Origin: Octopus vulgaris
Lineage: Eukaryota
Assembly: GCA_951406725.2 (NCBI GenBank)
Contig: OX597815.1
Coordinates: 114,390,001 to 114,454,000, forward strand
Length of the DNA: 64,000 bases
Direction: 5' to 3'
The notes below the pieces were generated by a model. It did no database searches and had not been told where the DNA came from. It worked only from the letters and a program-made list of their open reading frames with translations. The first letter of the stretch is position 1, and each line of letters begins with the position of its first letter. The position numbers were made by a program, and so were the translations under genes. Shown here one piece after another: positions 54,786 to 64,000 of the stretch.

Positions 54786-55230
54786 CTATATATTATATAT
54801 ATATATCCGACGGTCTTCTTTCAGTTTCCGTCTATCATATCCACTCACAAGGCTATACTAGGAGGGGCTGGACCCGGATACATGTAGTTGGGAAGCAATC
54901 TTCTTAACACACAGTCATGCTTTTATTACTGAAATGTTGCAGAGAGCCTAGCAGACTGGTGCAACGTTAAATGAAGTGCTTTGCTCAAAAGAAACAACGT
55001 ACCAACCGGCCCAGGACTAGAACCTACGACCTTGTGATTGTGAGCCCCAAACCATACCTACTTGATTACACATCTCATTGCTCAATATAATGATGTCAAA
55101 TAAAAGGGAATGAGACACATTCAGATTATTCTCGGTCTGTTAATAATCGGAATATTTTTCATATTATCATGTTGATAATGCAGTAAACATAGCTACGCAC
55201 GAGCGTGCGTGCGTGTGTGTGTGTGTGTGC

Positions 55231-55279
<49 letters not shown>

Positions 55280-56559
55280 CCCGCAGCGATCATGTAAAAG
55301 TTATGAATTGCTTAGCTTAATATGAAATTCTCTTTCTATTTACAAAAAATTCATCAACGTAAATTTCGAAAACGTATATGTAAGGTTTCATAAAAAATGA
55401 TTTTTTGCACTATTAAGCTAGTTGTGAAGAAACTATTAGGAGTACAGAACGCTAAACACAATTATACTTCAATTTTCCTGAACTTAAAAGCCAAAAAGCC
55501 TTGCACACAGTTTCTCTTCCACTCTCCTTGCATTTTAAATAAGGAAAATTTATATCAATTTTTCGTTTTTGTATATGGTTTGCAAGATTCTTGATGTGAA
55601 CTGCCTTCCATTCCCTCGTACATTCCTACCAACATCAACACAACTACATAAATATAGAATCTAAAACTAAGAGATAGAAAGACGGACAGATGTAAACCTG
55701 TAGCGAGGGCACGTCATTGAAGAGGACGCGAATGGCGTCGAAAGGATGGCGTGGAAACATAATAGATTGATTAATTAACCAAATAATTGATCAAATAATC
55801 GCTTAGTTACTTGGTTAAATAGTTAACCAACTGACGAATAACAAGGAAATGAAATTGAACCAGTGCGTGCGTGTATTATCTGCATAAAACAAACAATATT
55901 AAAGCGGTAGGTTAGGAAAATCGTCAGAATCAGTGAAACGTTAGAAAAAACAAATGCCTCGCTGTATTTAGCTACGTCACGCTACGGTTTGAGTTAAAAT
56001 CCCGTTGCGCTTGCTTTTGCCAATCGTCCTTCTGTAGTCGATAAAGCAAATCCCAGTCAAATATGGAATGTCGCTGATCAAAGCTTTACTCAAACAAGAT
56101 TGACTTGAAGTTAAACAACAACAGTATCCCTCACCTCAAAATATTATTATCATTATTGGTATAAAGCTTCAGATTTTGTGGAAAGGAACATAGTTGATTT
56201 AATTTGCTCTAGTACATCACTGGTTGTTTCTAGAACAGTGAAAGGGAAATTCAGTCATAATGGAATTCGAACTCTGAACATAAAAGAAAATAGATACTGC
56301 AGGGCATTTAGTCCTATACTCTACCGTTATGATCATCTGCAGCTGTAGATTATTGTTATTACTGAATTCTTGATGACAATAGGTGATTCAGTGTACCCTC
56401 ATTTGTGGAGGATTTCTCAAGGGACTACTGTTTGAGAGGGATATTTTTTTGTTTTTTGTTTGTGGACTATCTTCGGAAGATAACTAAGCGTGTATTTTTA
56501 TTTTAGTTTAGTTCATTTTGTTCTTCCTTTAGGGGCTGAAAATTACATTTATGTTTTGA

Positions 56560-58368
56560 TTTTAAAAATATCCTTTGCCGTGGAACATCGTAGAAGTTTC
56601 CTTTCATCGCTACCATCGCAAAAAACATGTTGTTTGTGAGAGAAGTGACCGAAGGAAGCACTGCAACGGTAGTGACAGCTCCAAGTCTTAGAGGAGAGCA
56701 AAAAGTAAGTTTTTCCTCAACACCATAACATCAACAAATTTTAAGAGACATAAAAGCAATAACACGGTAACCCTATCGAAAGTGATGGCCCCCAGACTAC
56801 GGCTATTGACAATAGCAGAGATACAGCTGGTGGCGGAGAAGGTACATGCTCAAACAATGACAAAAAAATAAGAGAATAAAAGCAACGGCAAGTTTTGCAA
56901 GTGTTGCTTGTGTCTCCGTGAAGCTAGAGCTGGCTAAAATATTAGAGAAAAATACTATAGGTAAAGTATGTAGGAAGAAACCATGTCCTGTTACACGGGG
57001 AGCTCGTGGCGGAGAGATGCAAGCAAACGGCGATGTACCTCTATTTCTCCATTGACAAAAAATTATCTACATAACCGCGAAAGATCTTGAAAAATTCATG
57101 TCGGCTGTAAATACTAACAACGATAAATTGACCCCTGCTAATGCTGTAGGAAAACTCGATATAAATATTTTTCTGAGAGACCAAAAGGTGGAAGCATTTT
57201 GTGCACCGAACTTGAGGAATTATTTTCAAAAGTAGCTACAGAGCCCTTGAGAGGATAAAAATAATACACCTCTGCATCACGGAAGATACAACGGGTTTTT
57301 TTATCCCACCCAAATTCGAAACTAAGTCTTATCTTAATTAAGTAAGACTTCCTTTGTTTTAAAAGCAGCACTGTCATTTTTAAAGTAGTTGGTAAGGAAA
57401 ACTTCGAGCCCACATAGTACGTGAGATAGAAATACAACTTCACTATCCATATTATCATGAAACCTAAGAGACCCACTTTCAACCACAATAAGCAAAGCCA
57501 AGGAGAAACAAATGCGACAATAACAACCAATGCTGCCCTACAGCTGCATCAGTCCATCCACTTGCGAGGATGATAGGGAAAAGCAAACTTCAGTATATAT
57601 ATAACGGTAAAAAAAAAAAGCTTTAAAATACGAGGTGGAACACACTTCCGTCGAAGGAAGAATGCTCTCCACTGAAGAGCAATCCATATCTTATGTAGAA
57701 GAGCCAATGATCCACAGGTGGAACTAGCTCCCAACCTGGATGAAATGAAATTCATAATCATTCGTGAGAAAAACAAAACTCTGATACAACGCTTATACAA
57801 TATTTACAAGTAATAACCAAATGAACTACGGATCAAGGAAAAAATGGAATCGCATTTTAAACAGTACGAAAATAAAATAAACAAAATAGTTGTTCAAATT
57901 TCAGACAGACTTTGTGAAATATTATATTTCAGTAGTCCATAAGATATGGCGCCTCACTCACCCAATTTAACACCACGACTCCACATCGAAGAATTGTACT
58001 CTCAAACTTCTAACAATTCTGAAAGGAAGCCCACCCCAGGTGTTATGAGTGACAAGGCTTACTTTGATCAACACAAGCGGAAACTGGAAGTTTATATATC
58101 TTGTTCTAATTATTGTGCGTTGTATTTATTACATTTATTTTCGTATAAATGTTTGTGTTATAACTTTTTAATTTGTCCAATTGTGTATTGTATAATGTCT
58201 CTCACCCCTCTCCTCGTTTTTGTATATCTACCTCGTCCCACTTCACACATTTTTCCTAAGATACCTTCTTAATGCAAGAATGTATTTTTCTCTATCTCTT
58301 CAAGCCCTTGTGTCTAATGAAGAAAAGTTCCTCATCGTGCTCTTGTGCCAATATAAACAAAAAAAAAT
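56560..58368 (+). mobile_element. Probable decayed non-autonomous LINE-like element with poly(A) end
   Basis: A-rich, broken coding-like stretch, then a pyrimidine-rich 3' region ending ccaatataaacaaaaaaaaaa; no clear conserved motif. Confidence 0.3.
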
Positions 58369-58552
58369 CGAGAATGATACCATCTTATGAAATATTTCCC
58401 ATTTCTTTTCCCTTTATCATATCATAAAACAAAGTTGTTGAAGTACACACCTTGGTATATATTTGCATTTCTCAATATTTCTCAGTGAGCAACTGGGAGA
58501 TATCATAATGTTGATCTGTTTATCTTCATCTAGATAACTTGATCATTTGCAT

Positions 58553-58862
58553 CAGTGGTTTTCAACCAGGATCCACATGATTCTTTTGGGAGTCCACATG
58601 ATTCTTGGGGTCCACACGATTCTTCAGGATCCACATGATTCTTCGGAGTCCACATAAGATTTTTTTGTTAAAATTTATGTGCAATAAACTGGTCATATTT
58701 CTACAATACACAAAATATTTAAATCTTTTTATACAGTTCCTAATATTTAATTATAAAAACATAATAGGATTTTTTAAACATTAAACAGCTATGGGGGTTA
58801 ACACGTGTAAACTAAGAAACAAAGGTGGCCATAGGCAAAAAAAAAATGGTTGAGTACCACTG
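58553..58862. mobile_element. hAT-type MITE with subterminal ~20-bp tandem repeats
   Basis: TIRs cagtggttttcaacca / tggttgagtaccactg; 8-bp flanks atttgcat / atttaaat (6/8 match); five g(a/g)tccaca(t/c)gattctt-type units at ~58568-58660. Confidence 0.85.
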
Positions 58863-59200
58863 ATTTAAATCATCAGTTGTTGGTCTAAACCAAGTTTAAC
58901 CTTGAGTTGTTAGCTGCTCTTGGTGGGTAGCAGTTATGTAGCATTGTTAAGCAAGTGGTTAGCACTTACAAATTAAATAACACTTGTGGGAAGAAACCTA
59001 GCTATTCTCTTGTATGCTGATTTCAATCCAATGTGGCAATATAACAATACATTTTTATCAATTGTGCTGTTTACCAATGATCATAGTAATGACTTTAATC
59101 CCTTAGTGGCCTCTATTTGCAATTAGATTGGACAATTGAATATTGAGAGCGCAAATCAAAACGAAAATGTAAAGAAGGGGAAGGGAGACTAGCTCTTGCT

Positions 59201-59417
59201 CTCTTTACTCTTTTACTCTTTTACTTGTTTCAGTCATTTGACTGCGGCCTATGTGGGAGCACCGCCTTTAGTCTAGCTAATCGACCCCAGGACTTATTCT
59301 TTGGAAGCCTAGTACTTATTCTACCGGTCTCTTTTACCGAACAGCTAAGTTACGGGGACGTAAACACACCACCATCGGTTGTCAAGCGATGTTAGGGGGA
59401 CAAACACAGACACGCAA

Positions 59418-59492
<75 letters not shown>

Positions 59493-59698
59493 AACACACA
59501 CATACACACTCATATATATATATATATATATATATGACAAGCTTCTTTCAGTTTCCGTCTACCAAATCCACTCACAAGGCTTTGGTCGGCCCGAGGCTAT
59601 AGTAGAAGACACTTGCCCAAGGTGCCACGCAGTGGGATTGAACCTGGAACCATGTGGTTGGTAAGCAAGCTACTTATCACACAGCCACTCCTGCACCT
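59201..59698 (-). mobile_element. SINE family A, full length, with (GAGTAAAA)n tail
   Basis: ctctttactcttttactcttttacttgtttcagtcatttgactgcggcc ... cagccactcctgcacct. Confidence 0.92.
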
Positions 59699-59848
59699 AT
59701 TTAATTTTTAAGATTTTCTTGTTTTTTGGGATCTGTTGGCTTAAAAAAAATTTTTTTTTTTTACTTTGTTTTTGATATATAAAATGGAGAACGTGTGTGC
59801 AGTAAAGAAGTTTGACTCGCAAACTGTGCAGAAGCTTGTCGTGTGTGT

Positions 59849-59884
<36 letters not shown>

Positions 59885-60167
59885 TTTCAATGTTGTAAGA
59901 GACGAATGCATATATGAGTTTGCGTATGTATGTGTTGGTGTATGCATGTCGCCCCTTTGGTAGTCGAAAAATCCTAAAGGCTGTTTGTTTCCCAGTAATG
60001 CTAAGGACTAGAATTATTAAAAGAATGAACCAATATGAAATGTGAAAAAGAATAAAGAAATGTGACATTCCTACTTTTTCAAGGACAAAACTGAACCGAC
60101 ATTGAATTCACTTAACAGGAGCATTGTGTAAGTAGAAAACTTAAGAATATTACATAATTATGATTAA

Positions 60168-60350
60168 GGCGGTGAGCTGGTAGGACCGTTACCATGGCAG
60201 GTGAAATGCTTTGCAGCATTTCGTCAGTTTTTACGTTCTGATTTCAAATTCCGCCAAGGTTAAGGTTGACTTTACCTCTCATCTTTTCGGGGTCGATAAA
60301 ATAAGTAGCAGTTGAACACTGGGGGTAGATGTAATTGACGTAGCCCCTTG
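60168..60350 (+). mobile_element. SINE family B monomer
   Basis: ggcggtgagctgg...tcaaattccgcc...cggggtcgataaaataagta. Confidence 0.8.
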
Positions 60351-60943
60351 ACTTGTTACATAATTATGATGATAGAATACTTTGGGAGTGGATTGATAGA
60401 CTCGTTAGCGTCGAGAGCAATGTTCTGCAGTATTTATATAGGCACTTTATGTCTGAATTCAAGTTACGTGAGGGTCGGTAGAATGAAATACCAGTCAATG
60501 TAACTGACTAGCCCTACCCTTCAAAACTGCAGGCCTTGTGCCTAAATTAGAAACAACTGTTGAACGTCTTCACTGTCGACTTTATTTTCGGCCAATATAA
60601 ATCAAGCAGGTGTATATTACTTAAGTAGTTGGGCAGATGAGATGCCGTCCTCCAGATTTACCATACTTCGGTCATGTAAAGGAGCACACAGTCTATTCTG
60701 AGATGCAATGAAACCAGTGAACGTATATTGAATTTTCTTCACTGTTCTGTTATTTTCACTTTCTCTATGGTTTCTGGTGGCGGGCAAAATAGACTCGTTC
60801 AGTGTGTGACAGTTGAAGTTTCTTTGAGTTTAATCTTTGATGGTGTAAATTTAAACATCGTGTCTGTGTAGAGGGGAGTTATTGAGGTTATTCAGGCAAC
60901 TGATTTTTATGTATGTTTCTCTGAACTGGATGAAACAGAGAGG

Positions 60944-60991
<48 letters not shown>

Positions 60992-60997
60992 CAGACA

Positions 60998-61415
60998 GGC
61001 GGCAAGCTGGCAGAGTCGTTAGCACGCCGGGCGAAATGCTTGGCGGTATTTCGTCCGCCGTTACGTTCTGAGTTCGAATTCCGCCGAAGTCGACTTTGCC
61101 TTTCATCCTTTCGGGGTCGATAAATTAAGTACCAGTTACGCACTGGGGGTCGATATAATCGACTTAATCCGTTTGTCTGTCCTTGTTTGTCCTCTCTGTG
61201 TTTAGCCCCTTGTGGGTAGTAAAGAAATAGGTATTTTCGTCAGCCGCTACGTTCTGAGTTCAAATTCCGCCGAGGTCGACTTTGCCTTTCATCCTTTCGG
61301 GGTCGATAAATTAAGTAGCAGTTGCGTGCCGGGGTCGATGTAATCGACTTAATCCCTTTGTCTGTCCTTGTTTGTCCCCTCTATGTTTAGCCACTTGTGG
61401 GCTATAAAGAAGTAA
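60998..61415 (+). mobile_element. SINE family B dimer ending in tail 1
   Basis: Two bodies with the same internal junction; ends cttgtgggctataaagaagtaa; flanked by agacagaca on both sides. Confidence 0.9.
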
Positions 61416-63001
61416 GACAGACAGACAAGTAGACAGAGAGAGACAGAAAGTATTATTAGAGGAGGGTTTAGTAGTGCTCTTGTTATCAACCTACTCAAAG
61501 TTTAGGAAGTAATTGTGCATATAACAGTTGGAACTGTGAGGAAAAAATACTTGTTGTAGCAGCAATTTGTGCTCATCTCATGTACAGGTACTTTTTCATT
61601 TCTTTTTTAATGGATGAAGCTATCCTCTGTTCATGACCTCCTTATAGGCATCGAACTACAGAAGTTCAAACTGAAGATCAATTGTACCGAATCCCTTTTC
61701 AGTCAGGGAGAGATCTACAAGTGTTATGAACGCCGTCATGTCTCATTAAACCAAATAAATAGAACTGGTTCTGTAAATATAATAATGTATCCTATCAGAA
61801 CATTATTGTGTTTTTGCTATATATGTGTGAAAGAGAGCGAGCGTAAAAGACGAAGAGAGAAAAAGGACATACGCATGTGCTTCTCTCTGACTCCCCCCCT
61901 CTCTCTCCTTCTGCGCATGTGTGTGTGTTTGTTTATTTTTCTGTAACTCTTGTCTAAAAGAACATACAAACAGAAAGAAACGCCTGTGTGTATATAGTCA
62001 GGATTCTGATAAACTGATAATGAGATGTTAGTAAGAAATGCATTCTGTCATCGTAAATATATAAATATAAGTCAGTAGGACAAAATGTGCTGTTAACATC
62101 AGTTTCTTCAAAACATTCGTATCTTCATTTAGTTTTCTTAAAAATAAACAGCATTCCAGTTTTCTAATGTCCCAATGATTCTAAGATACCTGATTTTTAT
62201 TTCGTACTATCACATTAGCAATAACTGAATCTGCAATTTAAGTTAGCTTTGATGTTTCCTATCCATTATGGAAATATTGTCAATTTTTCTTTTTTGTTAT
62301 CAGATAATTATATTAAAATACGAAACCTTTGTTTCTATCAATTTTGAATATAATGAAAAATTTAATAAAATAGCTTAGCCATAATTAAACTGGTGTTTGG
62401 AACATCATTTAACATTAAATTGTGATGTCAGGTTTTAATCTAGATAACTTCAAAGCAGGGAATTTGTATTAGTGAGCCAGGGGCGATTTCAGGCGGCTTA
62501 GTATCAAAAGCAGATGTCATCATGATCGAGCCAACACTGCCAGTCTCCATTATGACCACTACAAGAAATCATACTGGAAACAGATGAATAAAAGGACGAC
62601 CTGTCATCGTATATGATGTAAGTTCATATTCCATCAAAGCAGCTTCCATGTATTTCTTAGGTCTAAACAGTTGCTGACACCGCTTTGTAAATACAAGTAA
62701 CAACTTCATCTATCGGATTCCAGACATTCGGTCGGCAAATCTTAATTCACCAAAAAAAAAACAAATCTGCGCGCAATATATCCACGTCAAACTGTATCTT
62801 CCAACAAACTCTTCCGTTGTTTATACGATGGGTGGTCTTTGCCGGTTCATACTTATGAGAATTTTCTGAATGTATACTCATCCGCTTTACCCCACTTTTG
62901 CGGGGTGGGGGATGGGCACCTGTTTTTACCCTTGCCAGTCATCCTTACCTGTTTATCTATCTATTTATTTATCTATCAATCTATCTATCTATCTATCTAT
63001 C

Positions 63002-63055
<54 letters not shown>

Positions 63056-63099
63056 CATTTATGCATAAATCAGCAGCAGCAACAATTCTTTCTCTCACT

Positions 63100-63139
<40 letters not shown>

Positions 63140-64000
63140 CGCGTGTAAAGAAACTATATCATCTACGATAATGGATGTGCCACATTATTAAGTCATATAG
63201 GATTTGTATGACATTGTTCTATCACGTTTCTCAAAGGCAATATCTCATCCGCTATTAAGATACAAGCAATATTAAGAAGGTTCATTTAGGATTCCCAGTT
63301 ACAGCTTCTTTCTCGAAGCTTAGAACAGTATTTCTCTCAAAGGACGGGGTTATAAGGATTGGAAACGGGGCGGACAACTTGTCATGTTTAATATGATTGA
63401 GATGATTTACAACTTTATAAACTTGTCAAGAGCTATGGTGAAGAAATGATTATATGGATGCAAATTCTATTTTGTTATCTCGTTAATAAAAAGAGAAGAG
63501 TGCTTAATAAAAATTTCACTAACACTTTGTGCGGTGGTTGGTAGTTGTCAGCCTGAGAAATGATGGCATCAGAGAGACCTTCATCACTCAATTAAAGTTA
63601 GCCCAGTACTTGGGTGGTACCTTATTTTATCAACCACAGAAGGATGAAAGAGAAAGTTGGTTTTTGAGAGGATTTGAACTCAGAACGTAAAGAGCAGAAA
63701 CAAGTTTTCGTACGACTTTCAAATGATTCTCCAATCCACCGGCTGTCTGCGAATTGTGGTCGTTGAGACATATAAAAACCAGTAATATAATAAATCCTGT
63801 TCATTATACAAGCTTTCACTATAAAATTTAACTTTGTGTCTCGGCCAATCAATGATTATATGATTATTCATCATTACCACTCTCTTTGGATCCACTTTGC
63901 CATATTTCTGACAGCAACGTCAATTCTCTATCGGCTTTTCTTTAAAACCAGTAAAGTCTTGTGATATTAAAAGCTGAAGGGCTTTTTTTTTTCTCACTTT

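Noticed and set aside
61614-61946. 110-aa ORF in non-repetitive sequence
   Set aside because: No recognisable motif or convincing splice signals; length is compatible with chance.

Overview
AT-rich, repeat-dense eukaryotic non-coding DNA (intron or intergenic). The SINE families and microsatellite load suggest a coleoid cephalopod, probably Octopus; this is inferred from recalled repeat families, not from a search. I found no intact host gene, tRNA, rRNA or CRISPR array, and almost all long ORFs in the track are microsatellite artefacts or antisense shadows of transposon remnants. Supported content: (1) decayed retroelements: Ty3/gypsy gag-pol, two CR1-group LINE 3' ends, a Jockey/CR1-group RT fragment, a Tx1/L1-like RT fragment, several RTE-clade fragments, and an R4/Dong-like restriction-like-endonuclease (REL) element in an (AAT)n tract; (2) dozens of tRNA-derived SINEs, which I label A, B, X-body and Y/CORE-body, plus an old dispersed repeat E; (3) Tc1/mariner and hAT MITEs and a non-autonomous Helitron. 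The most interesting signals are: SINE B concatemers with a fixed 184-bp period that retrotransposed as units (16-bp TSD); combinatorial body/tail swapping among SINEs; a SINE A tail matching the resident CR1-like LINE tail with a covarying stem-loop; three long inverted repeats abutting microsatellites; a near-perfect 159-bp LTR-like direct repeat pair; and one weak candidate host exon. Boundaries of degenerate elements are approximate.
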